DNA of 64,000 nt from the NCBI GenBank assembly GCA_963702425.1, contig CAVPCQ010000006.1, forward strand, positions 381,014-445,013, given 5' to 3'. This document shows, in pieces, positions 1-8,657 of this stretch (its first letter is position 1; each line of letters begins with the position of its first letter). The notes beneath the pieces were generated by a model, which made no database searches, was not told the origin of the DNA, and saw only the letters and a program-made list of their open reading frames with translations. This DNA is from an uncultured Acidobacteriota bacterium (lineage in GTDB: Bacteria; Acidobacteriota; Polarisedimenticolia; J045). Position numbers and translations under genes: made by a program.

Positions 1-2
1 AG

Positions 3-374
3 CAGCGCGCGCTCGAGCACCCCAAGATCCGCTTCTTCTGGAACTCGGCGGTGGCGGAGGTGCTCGGCGACGACCACGTCACCGGGGTCCGGATCGAGAA
101 CCTCAAGACGGGCGCGATCGAGGACCACCTCGCGGGCGCGGTCTTCGTGGCGATCGGCCACCACCCCAACAGCGAGCTCTTCGCCGGCCGGCTGGCGATG
201 AACGAGAACGGCTACCTGGTCACGAAACCCGGCACGACCTCGACGGAGATCGAGGGGGTCTTCGCCTGCGGCGACGTCCAGGACTGGGTCTACCGCCAGG
301 CGGTGACCGCCGCGGGCACGGGGTGCATGGCGGCGATCGAAGCGGAGCGCTGGCTGGAGGCGAGCGGTCTGTAG
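3..374 (+). CDS. trxB: thioredoxin-disulfide reductase, C-terminal part (5' truncated by window)
   Basis: VFVAIGHHPNS, GVFACGDVQD, YRQAVTAAGTGCMAA motifs. Confidence 0.95.
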   Translation, partial: QRALEHPKIRFFWNSAVAEVLGDDHVTGVRIENLKTGAIEDHLAGAVFVAIGHHPNSELFAGRLAMNENGYLVTKPGTTSTEIEGVFACGDVQDWVYRQAVTAAGTGCMAAIEAERWLEASGL

Positions 375-405
375 GTGGTGCGGGGGGCGCGAGAGCGCGC
401 GGGGG

Positions 406-486
406 GCGCGGGAGCCGCGAGGGGCCCCCTGGCGAGTGGGTCGCAGGCTCCAACACTCGCCAGGGGGCCCCTCGCGGCTCCCGCGC
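406..486 (+). repeat. REP-like palindrome, copy 1: perfect 33-bp stem, loop GGTCGCAGGCTCCAA
   Basis: 406-438 is the exact reverse complement of 454-486; the same core recurs at 679, 27596 and 27916. Confidence 0.95.
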
Positions 487-508
487 GGCGCACCGCCACT
501 GAAAAAAT

Positions 509-640
509 GGGAGAGAAGTCTGTACAGCGACCGGGACGCGTTCGGTCGGTGTGGGAGAGAAGCCTGTACGGCGACCGGGACGCGTTCGGTCGGTGTGGGA
601 GAGAAGCCTGTACGGCGACCGGGACGCGTTCGGTCGGTGT
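509..640 (+). repeat. 3 x 44-bp tandem repeat, each unit with an internal hairpin
   Basis: GGGAGAGAAGCCTGTACGGCGACCGGGACGCGTTCGGTCGGTGT at 509, 553 and 597; the first copy has 2 substitutions; no spacers. Confidence 0.95.
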
Positions 641-678
641 AAAGATTCTTCTTTTTCTCTTTTTCCGGGAGCGGGATT

Positions 679-773
679 GGCGGCCGGCTGCGGGCGGGGA
701 ATGTCCCCCCGGCGAGTGTTGGAGCCTGCGACCCACTCGCCGGGGGGACATTCCCCGCCCGCGGCCGGCCGCC
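679..773 (-). repeat. REP-like palindrome, copy 2 (inverted orientation): 40-bp stem with 1 mismatch
   Basis: 679-718 pairs with 734-773; loop TTGGAGCCTGCGACC is the reverse complement of the copy 1 loop; abuts the stop codon at 774. Confidence 0.95.
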
Positions 774-1952
774 CTAGCGCGCCCCCCTCGCCGTTCCGAA
801 CCACGCCGACGGGTCCTCGGGCCTGCCGTCGACGCGCACCTCCAGGTACAAGTACGGCCCGCGCACGGAACCGGTGTCGCCGACGCGGCCGAGGCTCTCG
901 CCCTGCGCGATCGGGTCGCCGGCCTGCACGATCGCGGCCGAAAGGTGGCCGTAGACCGTGTGCACCGCGCTGCCGTGGTCGAGCACCACGACGAGGCCGT
1001 AGCCCTTCAGCCAGCCGCTCCACGCGACGCGCGCGTCGAACGGTGCGCGGACCACGGCCCCGAACGGCGCCGCGAGGTCCCAGCCCGGGTGCGGCAGGCG
1101 CGTGCCGAAGCGCGGATCGACCCGGTCGCCGAACGGCTCGTCGATCGTCCCTTCCTCGACCGGCAGGCGGAACACCCCTCTGAATCGCCGGGCGTCGAGG
1201 CGCACGGGGTCGGCGTCGGGAACGCCGGCGAGCACCGACTCCAGGCTGCCGCGCGCGCGCTCCAGCTCGACGACCGCCTGCTCGCGCACCGCCGTCTGCT
1301 GCCGCATGTCGGCCAGCAGGTCCTGGCGCGCGCGGATCGACTGGTCGAGCGCGGCCCGCGCGGCGAGCGCGTCGTCCTGCAGCCGCGCGACCTCCGCCTG
1401 GCGGGTCCGCTGTTCGGCCTCGAGCGCCGCGAGTCGGGCCTCGCTGTCCCGGATCGCGCCGACCTCGCCCTTGTAGCGCCAGGCCAGCTCGTGCGTGCTA
1501 CGCAGGCCGGCGCCCAGGGACTGGGTGTCGGCCGCCCCGAGCACCGGCTTGAGCCGGCCGAGCGGCCCCGCCTGCTGGAGCAGCCGCGCGATCGTCGACA
1601 GCCGGACCCGTCCCGCGTCCAGCCGCTCCTGCGCCGCGGCGCGTTCTGCCGCCGTCGCGGCCAGCGCCGACTCGGCCTGCGTCCGCTCCAGCGTCAGCTC
1701 CTCGATCCGCGCGTCCTGGAAGCGCGCCTCCGCGGCCAGCGCGTCGAGCCGCGCCAGCACGCCCGCCGAGTCCTTGTCGAGGCGCTCCCGCTCCGCCGAC
1801 AGCCGGGCGACTTCCTCGCGCACCCGCTGCAGCTGGCGCTCGGGGTTCTCGTCGACCGGCCCGGGCCCGGGGCCGGCGCCGAACGCGGCGGCGACTGCCG
1901 CCGCGAGCACGAGGGCCGCGGCGGGCAGGCGACGCGCAGGGCCCGCTACCAG
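774..1952 (-). CDS. EnvC-like murein hydrolase activator (coiled coil + M23/LytM domain); start uncertain (CTG 1952 or GTG 1910)
   Basis: signal-like N-terminus, long coiled coil, HPGWDL...GYGLVVVLDHG...TVYGHL...GPYLYLEVR (HxH replaced by YLY, as in EnvC-type activators). Confidence 0.85.
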   Translation of the reverse strand: MVAGPARRLPAAALVLAAAVAAAFGAGPGPGPVDENPERQLQRVREEVARLSAERERLDKDSAGVLARLDALAAEARFQDARIEELTLERTQAESALAATAAERAAAQERLDAGRVRLSTIARLLQQAGPLGRLKPVLGAADTQSLGAGLRSTHELAWRYKGEVGAIRDSEARLAALEAEQRTRQAEVARLQDDALAARAALDQSIRARQDLLADMRQQTAVREQAVVELERARGSLESVLAGVPDADPVRLDARRFRGVFRLPVEEGTIDEPFGDRVDPRFGTRLPHPGWDLAAPFGAVVRAPFDARVAWSGWLKGYGLVVVLDHGSAVHTVYGHLSAAIVQAGDPIAQGESLGRVGDTGSVRGPYLYLEVRVDGRPEDPSAWFGTARGAR

Positions 1953-4210
1953 ATCACCCTCCCGTCGAGCTCGGCGTCGGGCTTGAGGTCGAGCGTGCCG
2001 AGAATCGACGGTGCGACGTCGATGATCCGGGGGTCGTTGACCTTGAGCTTGCGGTTCACGATCAGGATCCCGGGCACGAAGCTGGGCTCGAGCGAGCAGT
2101 GGTCGCCGGACCAGACGCGGTCGTTGTTCTCGAACACATCGGTCGCCAACCCTCCCAGCGTATCCTGCCACGAGACGCGGTAGTTGAGCCGGTTGGAGGG
2201 CCTGAGGTCGGGGATCTTGTTCGGGTCGTAGCCCTTGTAGAGCTCGTCGCGCCGGTAGACCCTGTAGACTGGCTTCTCGCCGGTCACCGGGTCGATCTCG
2301 TTCTGCAGCCCTTCCTGCAGCGCCTTGACGACCTCCTCGTACTCCTGGCCGGGCATCACGATCCCCTGCGGCTCGCGGCCGACGAGGTTGATGTAGAGCG
2401 AGCCGAGGCCCATCGCCCAGGCCTTGGTGCGGCTCCAGTCGATGCCCGAGAAGACGTCGACGCCGGAGACGTCCTTGTCGAAGAGCTGTTCGAGGCTGCG
2501 GCTGCGAGGCTGCCCCTTCAGCGCCAGGTAGCCGTTCTTGTAGAGCCAGGTGTTGTAGTTGATCTGGCGCCGGAAGGACGAGAAGCCGTGGTCGGACAGG
2601 ACGATGAACAGTGCGTCCTCGCCGGCCAGCTCGTGCGCGCGGCCGATCAGCTCGTCCATCCGCCGGTAGGTGGCCTCCATCGCCGCGCGGTACTTGGCGG
2701 CCAGCTCCGGCTTGTACATCGGGTGCCCCTCGTCCAGCTCGTGCCACAGCATGTGCCCGGCGCGGTCGGGGAAGTCGAAGATCTGGACCAGGACGTCGGC
2801 GTCCTGCTGCGCGAACGAGGCCTCGAGGATCTTCGTCGAAGCGTCGACGGTGAACCACATGTCCTCGAGGAACAGGTCGATCCCGCCAACTCCCGAGGGA
2901 TAAGACCAGGTGTCGATCGTCCAGCCGATCGTCTTGAACAGGCCGATGTCGCCGGACAGCTTCTTCGCCCAGTCCGGCGGCCAGGAATAGGCCACCGGGT
3001 GACACGAGGGGTGGAAGTTGACCGGCGAGAGGTAGAGCTCGATCTCCGGCTCCAGCTTGATCAGCTTGAAGCGCCCCATCCCGCGCAGCGGCTGCAGCCA
3101 GTCGACGAGCCAGTTCAGCGGGAAGTCGAAGACCACCCAGTCCGACCACTCCCCCGGCTCGAGCGTTCCCTTCTGGCCGCTGACCTCCCAGGCCAGCGCG
3201 CTGTCGGTCACGTCGAGCTTCATCGGCAGGTCGATTCGCTTGAGCGTTCCCTTCGCCTCGAGCGCGGTCGTCAGCTCCTTCTCCTTCGCCTTGCGGTCGG
3301 CGGTGGAGAGGCCCTCCTTCGCCCAGCCCTCGCGCGCGCGGTCGAGCACGTACTGGTAGAAGGGATAGTTGAACGGCCCGACGACCGTGGTCTCGATCGC
3401 CCCGCGCTTGGCCGGGAGCCGGATCGGCTCGAGGCTGAACTGGTTGTCGCCGAGCTGAAACTGCGGATCGGAGGTGTAGTACGACGGCGTCCCGACGCGG
3501 CCGCGCATGTCGGGCACGCCGAGGCCCGAGATCATCGTCGAGCCGGAGGGAAGCGGCTCGGCCGGGAAGGTGACCGGCACGTGGGTGACCTTCACCTTCA
3601 TGCCCGCCTGCGCGGCAAGCGTCCAGAACGGCGTCCCCTGGCGGTTGTTCGTCGCCGACGGGACGTCCGCGGGCAACAGGTTCCCGAGCGGCCGGGCCAG
3701 CCCGCCCGCGATCCCGACCGTCGCGATCAGCGCGCCGGCCAGCGCGGCCAGCCAGCGGACGCGGAGCAGCCGGAGCACGAGCAGCAGCACCAGGCCGACG
3801 AGCAGGCCGGCCATCCCCGCCAGGAACAACCCGTTCTTCTCGCGGAACAGCAGCGGCGTCTTGCCCGGCGTCGCCAGCGCGAGGTCGGGCACGTACTGCC
3901 CCTCGCGGCGCTGCAGGAAGTCGAAGATCTCGGTCCGCCCGGGGTTCAGCCCGGTGGCGAAGGTCGACCAGGAGACCGGGGTCTGCGGCGGATTCGTCGG
4001 CATCAGCGAGGAGTAGGTCCCCTCCCGGGCGATCGCCGCGACGTGAGGGAGCTTCCCCTGCTGGAGGTAGTAGTTGACCAGGTTGGGATCGGCGCCGTCG
4101 AAGCCGATCACGACGACCTTGGGCTTGCCGGCCGCCGCCCCGACGGAACCGGCCGCGAGCGCGAGCGCACCCCCCAGGACGAGACACCACCCCCACGCCG
4201 AACGCCGCAT
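1946..4210 (-). CDS. alkaline phosphatase superfamily (type I phosphodiesterase/nucleotide pyrophosphatase) membrane-anchored protein
   Basis: VVIGFDGAD, PPQTPVSWSTFATG, DRAGHMLW, LSDHGF, SGDHC; signal peptide and internal TM hairpin. Confidence 0.85.
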   Translation of the reverse strand: MRRSAWGWCLVLGGALALAAGSVGAAAGKPKVVVIGFDGADPNLVNYYLQQGKLPHVAAIAREGTYSSLMPTNPPQTPVSWSTFATGLNPGRTEIFDFLQRREGQYVPDLALATPGKTPLLFREKNGLFLAGMAGLLVGLVLLLVLRLLRVRWLAALAGALIATVGIAGGLARPLGNLLPADVPSATNNRQGTPFWTLAAQAGMKVKVTHVPVTFPAEPLPSGSTMISGLGVPDMRGRVGTPSYYTSDPQFQLGDNQFSLEPIRLPAKRGAIETTVVGPFNYPFYQYVLDRAREGWAKEGLSTADRKAKEKELTTALEAKGTLKRIDLPMKLDVTDSALAWEVSGQKGTLEPGEWSDWVVFDFPLNWLVDWLQPLRGMGRFKLIKLEPEIELYLSPVNFHPSCHPVAYSWPPDWAKKLSGDIGLFKTIGWTIDTWSYPSGVGGIDLFLEDMWFTVDASTKILEASFAQQDADVLVQIFDFPDRAGHMLWHELDEGHPMYKPELAAKYRAAMEATYRRMDELIGRAHELAGEDALFIVLSDHGFSSFRRQINYNTWLYKNGYLALKGQPRSRSLEQLFDKDVSGVDVFSGIDWSRTKAWAMGLGSLYINLVGREPQGIVMPGQEYEEVVKALQEGLQNEIDPVTGEKPVYRVYRRDELYKGYDPNKIPDLRPSNRLNYRVSWQDTLGGLATDVFENNDRVWSGDHCSLEPSFVPGILIVNRKLKVNDPRIIDVAPSILGTLDLKPDAELDGRVIW

Positions 4211-4270
4211 GCCACCCTCTCCTACCCCGAGACGAACGCGGAAATGTACCATCGGGCGCGGAGACCGCCC

Positions 4271-5098
4271 ATGGAGAGGCCCTTACCGATCGTGAAGGCG
4301 ATGTCCCATCCGCGGGCGGCGCTGGCTCGCGAGCTCGCGCGCGGCGTTCGGGAGCGACGGGCGGCGGGGATGTTCCTGGTCGAGGGGCCGCGGGGGCTGT
4401 CGGAAGCGCTCGACGTCGGCGCCGCGCTGGCGTTCGTGCTGGTCGCCGCCGGCCGGGCGGAGCGCTCTCCGACGCGCGAGGTCGTCGTGCGCTGCCGGCA
4501 GGCCGATGTCCCGGTCGAACTGGTCCAGGACGCCTTGCTCGAGCGGTTGGCGCCGTCCGAGACGCCGAGCGGCCTCTTGGCGGCCTGCGCCTTGCCTGCG
4601 GCCTGCGACCGCCCGGAAGCGGTCCTCGCCGGTGCGAGCGGGATCGTGGTGCTGGCGGTGCGGGTCCAGAACCCTGGAAGCGTCGGGACCCTGGTCCGCA
4701 GCGCGGCCGCATTCGGGGCCGACGGGCTCGTCGCCGCGGGGGGAGCCGACCCGTGGGGACCCAAGGCGGTCCGCGCCAGCGCCGGCGCGATCCACCGCCT
4801 GCCGGTCGCGCGCGCGGAGGGGGGCGAAAGAGACCCCGCGCTGGCCGCGGGACTGCGCGACGGCGCCTTCCGGCTGGTCGCCGCGGTCCCGCGCGGCGGG
4901 ACCGACCCGGCCGCGGTCGACTGGTCCGGGCCGGTCGCGCTCCTGCTCGGGGCCGAGGTGGCGGGCCTGCCGCGGGAGCTCGTCGAGCGGGCCGAGACGG
5001 TCACGATCCCGATGGCGGCCGGAGTCGAGTCGCTCTCGGTGCCGATCGCCGGATCGATCCTGCTCGCGCTCGCCGCCTCGTCCGGCCGCGCGCGCTAG
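4271..5098 (+). CDS. TrmH/SpoU family RNA methyltransferase
   Basis: FLVEGPR, VQNPGSVGTLVRSA, LLLGAEVAGL, TIPMAAGVESLSV. Confidence 0.9.
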   Translation: MERPLPIVKAMSHPRAALARELARGVRERRAAGMFLVEGPRGLSEALDVGAALAFVLVAAGRAERSPTREVVVRCRQADVPVELVQDALLERLAPSETPSGLLAACALPAACDRPEAVLAGASGIVVLAVRVQNPGSVGTLVRSAAAFGADGLVAAGGADPWGPKAVRASAGAIHRLPVARAEGGERDPALAAGLRDGAFRLVAAVPRGGTDPAAVDWSGPVALLLGAEVAGLPRELVERAETVTIPMAAGVESLSVPIAGSILLALAASSGRAR

Positions 5099-7332
5099 GC
5101 CGAGGCCGCCGCGGAGATCGCGCGCGGCCAGGTGACCCGGAAGGTCGAGCCGTGACCGACGGAGCTCTCGACCTCCACCCGGCCGCCGTGGCGCAGCACG
5201 ACGCTGCGCACGAGCGCGAGCCCGATCCCGGTGCCCGGCATCGCCGCAGCCCCGCGGCCGCGGTAGAAGCGGTCGAAGATCCGATTCTGCTCGTCCGGCG
5301 CGATCCCGATCCCCGTGTCCGTGAACTCGAGCGTCACGGCGTCGCCCGGACCGGGGCGAACGGCAACGAGCACGCTGCCGCCAGAGCGGTTGAACTTCAC
5401 CGCGTTCCCCAGCAGGTTGTCGAGCACGCGGGCCAACCCCTCGCGCTCGGCGACGACTGCCAGGCCGGACGGAACCGGCCGGGCCTCGAGCCGGACGCCG
5501 CGCCGCACCGCCGCGGGGTGGACGCGGTCGAGCGCCTCCTGCAGCGCGCCCGCGAGATCGACCGGCTCGGCCTCGAGCGGGCTCGAGCGGTCGGTGCGGG
5601 CCAGCGCGAGCAGGTTGCCGATCATCTCCACCATCCGGTCGACGTTCCGCAGCGCCACCTCCAGCCCGCGGCGCTGCTCGTCGTTGACTCGCCCGAGACG
5701 GCCCTCGAGGACCATCTGCGTGTAACCGCGGATCGAGACCAGCGGGGTCTGCAGCTCGTGCGACACGTCGGTCAACAGTTGGGCGCGGGCGCGGTCCAGC
5801 TCCAGCAGCTCGTGATTCACGCGGTCCAGCTCGGCCGTCTTCTTCTCGAGATCGCGGTGAACGGATGAGATCTCCTCGTAGGCCCGCTGCAGCGCCTCGC
5901 GCGAGCGGGTCATCGCCGCGGCGTCGGCCTCCAGCCGGCGCTCCGTCGCGCGGTGGTGCGTCACGTCGCGGACGACGACCAGGCGCCCCAGCAGCTCGCC
6001 CTCCTCGCCCGCGACCGGGCGGGCGACGATCTCGACGCTCTGCGGCTCGGGCCCGCGGGTGTCGAACGTCGCGAGGTGGTCGCCGCCGGGTGCCGCGGCG
6101 GCCCGCTCGAGGAATCCCACGCATCCGGCGGCGTCGCGGAATCGTTGCGCGAGCAGGGCGACGAACTCGGCCTCGCTCGCCGCGAGGAGACCCACCGCGT
6201 CCATCCCGACCAGACTCGCCATCCGCCGGTTGACGAGCCCGACCCGCCACTCCGCGGCCTCCGTCCCGGAGGGGGCGAGCAGGGCGACTCCTTCCGCGAC
6301 GGCGTCGAGCACCGAGCGCAGGCGGGCCTCGTGGGTGCGCGCACGGCGGCGGGCCACCTGCCCGGCGGCGGCGTCGCGCAGCGTGACGACCGCCTCGCCG
6401 GGAAACTCGGGCCCCGCGGAGACGGCCTCGAGCTCCACTTCCCTCGCCCGCACCCGGCCGCCCAGCGGCTGCAGCCGCGCCCGGACTGTCCCGCCCGTGT
6501 CCCCGCTTCCGGCGCGGGCCACGCGATCGAGCGCGACCAGCAGCGATTCGGCGCCAAAGAGGTCGCGCAGCAGGTGACCGGCCGGATCGCCGCCGTACCA
6601 GGCGCGCGCCGCGGGGTTCGACTCGCGGACCGTGCCGCCGGCGACGACCAGGACCCCGTCCGCGACGCCGGCGAGGATGGCACGGGTCCGCGCGAGGGCC
6701 TTCGCCGGGGACTCGCCCTCCGGCTGCGCCTCGGCCTGCGGATCGATCCAGAGCGCGATCCCGTCGATCGGGTCGTCGACGAAACCGACGTGGACCTGGG
6801 CCGTGATCGGAGCGCCGCCCAGGCGGCGCATCTCGCCTCGGATCGCCAGCGGCTCGCGCCGCCGGCGCGCGTCGAGCAGCGCCACGGCGACCTCGCGCCA
6901 CGATTCCGGGGTGAAGAGCAGCTCCGCCTTGCGCCCTTCGAGGTCTGCCACCCGCTCCCCGGCCGCCCGTGCGTAAGACTCGCCGACCGCCGCCACCAGC
7001 AGATCGCGATCGAGCAGCACCAGCCCGGGTCCGCTCATCGCTTCCGTCGCCGCGCCGAAGCGCGCCAGCCGGCGCTCGCGCGGGCCCCGCCGGTCGGCCA
7101 GCTCGTGGGCGAGCGCCGCGACCTGGTGCAGGGCGCGCTCGGCCGGATCGCCCGGCGTGATCTCCGACTCCTGCGCGCGTCCTTCGACGACCTCGGCCAG
7201 GGCCTGCTCGACGCGCCGCAGTCCACGCGGCCGCGAGCGGCGACCGAGGTACCAGCCCAGCGCCAGCAGCAGCGCCGCCGCGAGCGCCCCGACGAGCGCC
7301 GGCCACCAGGCCGCGAGTGCGCCCGCCGTCAC
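5095..7332 (-). CDS. multi-PAS sensor histidine kinase
   Basis: N-terminal TM, PAS-like repeats, SHELQTPL H-box, NLLGNAVKF, DTGIGI, GTGIGL. Confidence 0.9.
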   Translation of the reverse strand: MTAGALAAWWPALVGALAAALLLALGWYLGRRSRPRGLRRVEQALAEVVEGRAQESEITPGDPAERALHQVAALAHELADRRGPRERRLARFGAATEAMSGPGLVLLDRDLLVAAVGESYARAAGERVADLEGRKAELLFTPESWREVAVALLDARRRREPLAIRGEMRRLGGAPITAQVHVGFVDDPIDGIALWIDPQAEAQPEGESPAKALARTRAILAGVADGVLVVAGGTVRESNPAARAWYGGDPAGHLLRDLFGAESLLVALDRVARAGSGDTGGTVRARLQPLGGRVRAREVELEAVSAGPEFPGEAVVTLRDAAAGQVARRRARTHEARLRSVLDAVAEGVALLAPSGTEAAEWRVGLVNRRMASLVGMDAVGLLAASEAEFVALLAQRFRDAAGCVGFLERAAAAPGGDHLATFDTRGPEPQSVEIVARPVAGEEGELLGRLVVVRDVTHHRATERRLEADAAAMTRSREALQRAYEEISSVHRDLEKKTAELDRVNHELLELDRARAQLLTDVSHELQTPLVSIRGYTQMVLEGRLGRVNDEQRRGLEVALRNVDRMVEMIGNLLALARTDRSSPLEAEPVDLAGALQEALDRVHPAAVRRGVRLEARPVPSGLAVVAEREGLARVLDNLLGNAVKFNRSGGSVLVAVRPGPGDAVTLEFTDTGIGIAPDEQNRIFDRFYRGRGAAAMPGTGIGLALVRSVVLRHGGRVEVESSVGHGSTFRVTWPRAISAAASA

Positions 7333-7381
7333 CGCGTCACCTCGCCCGCTCCCGCCCCGCACCGTGCGCGGTCGGTCGCGC

Positions 7382-8086
7382 TCATGTCGCGTCCGGGGCG
7401 GAGGTTTCGACGGCGTGCCCGCGCCGCTCGGCCGCGGCCCGCACGAAGCGCGCCAGCTGGGCGCTCGCCTCGACCCCGAGCGGGAGGAACTGCAATCCCC
7501 AACCGCGCTCGCCGCCGCGCCCGTCGCCTTCGCGAACGATCTCGATCGCGACCTCGATCGGGCGTGCACCGTTCTGGAAGTGCAGCACGCCCGGCTGTTC
7601 GCGCGGCGGATCGTCGAAGCGCACGAACGCGCCGTCGAGCGACAGCTCGACGCAGCGCCCGGCGAAGCCCTTGCCTTCCTGCTGCAGCTCGCAGGGCACG
7701 TCCACCACTCGGCGCGCGCCGCGGCGGGCGTTCCCGCTCAGCAGCCGACGGACCGCCTGGTCCAGTTCGTGGCGCGTGACCGGCTTGGAGAGGAACTCCG
7801 CCACGCCGCACTCGGTGCAGCGCTCGCGGTGGAGCGAGAGCCCGATGTAGAGGACGGGGATGCCGGCGGTGTCCGGGGCGTCGCCGAGGCTGCGGCAGGC
7901 CTCGAAGGCCTCGGGAAAGAACTCGCCTTCCTCGATCACCACGAGGTCGGGGCGCGAGGACCGCGCCCGCTCGACGACGTCGTCGCCCGGCCGCAGCAGC
8001 GCGACCTCGACCGCCGCCCGGCCGAGCGGCGTGGACCCGATCTCCGCCAGGAGCCGCACGTCGTCGACGATCAGGACGCGTGTCAT
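7382..8086 (-). CDS. receiver-like domain + PilZ domain protein
   Basis: RVLIVDD...FLSKPV receiver; RRGARR and ELSLDG PilZ-like motifs. Confidence 0.75.
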   Translation of the reverse strand: MTRVLIVDDVRLLAEIGSTPLGRAAVEVALLRPGDDVVERARSSRPDLVVIEEGEFFPEAFEACRSLGDAPDTAGIPVLYIGLSLHRERCTECGVAEFLSKPVTRHELDQAVRRLLSGNARRGARRVVDVPCELQQEGKGFAGRCVELSLDGAFVRFDDPPREQPGVLHFQNGARPIEVAIEIVREGDGRGGERGWGLQFLPLGVEASAQLARFVRAAAERRGHAVETSAPDAT

Positions 8087-8305
8087 CGATCCCTCGACGC
8101 CCTCCCGGCGTTCCCGGCGCCCCGCAGGCGCCGCCTCGTCCGAACCGGGCGAACGGGATAGAAAGCGCTTGAAAAGCCTTGCGCGGCAAGCGTTCTCGCC
8201 GATCGACCCCGCTGCCGGACCGGAATGTACCACCCTCGGGGGGGGCGAACAATCCGGTTTCGGGCGCGCCGCACGGACGTTCGCGAGACGGGCTGAGAGG
8301 AAGGG

Positions 8306-8350
8306 TTGGAGCGGGCGACGAGGCTTGAACTCGCGACCCTCAGCTTGGGA
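8306..8350 (-). repeat. 45-bp direct repeat of the 3' half of tRNA-Gly (att-like site)
   Basis: identical to 9454-9498. Confidence 0.95.
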
Positions 8351-8657
8351 GGGTGGACCGACGATGCAAGCTGTTGACGCTGCGTGATGCTTGACGCGCC
8401 TGGCGTCTCCTGACAACGCCTGGCTGCAGGTACCCATGCAAACGCGGCGAAGACGTGCCGACCGCATGTGGTCGCACTCGGAAAGTGCACGACCAACCCT
8501 CGGGGCCAGGGACTGAACGAATAGGGTGTCCCATTGTCCGGTTAGCCGTCTGCGCGCGTTATCGAAGGCAGGCGATCTACTCGCCGGACGCCTCCGTGGC
8601 AGACCGGCCCTGTCCGAGCCTGTCGGAGACTCGACGAGGACGCCAAAGGAGGTAGTC

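Noticed and set aside
509-640. possible mini CRISPR array
   Set aside because: Units are contiguous with no unique spacers, and there are no cas genes in the window.
375-2183. long antisense and alternative-frame ORFs here and throughout (e.g. 2099-4270, 4283-7306, 11448-13877, 47023-51366, 58693-61476)
   Set aside because: Arg/Pro/Ala-rich shadow ORFs expected at this GC content; they overlap well-supported genes.
8306-8350. second tRNA-Gly gene
   Set aside because: Only the 3' half is present; the D-arm and 5' acceptor strand are missing.
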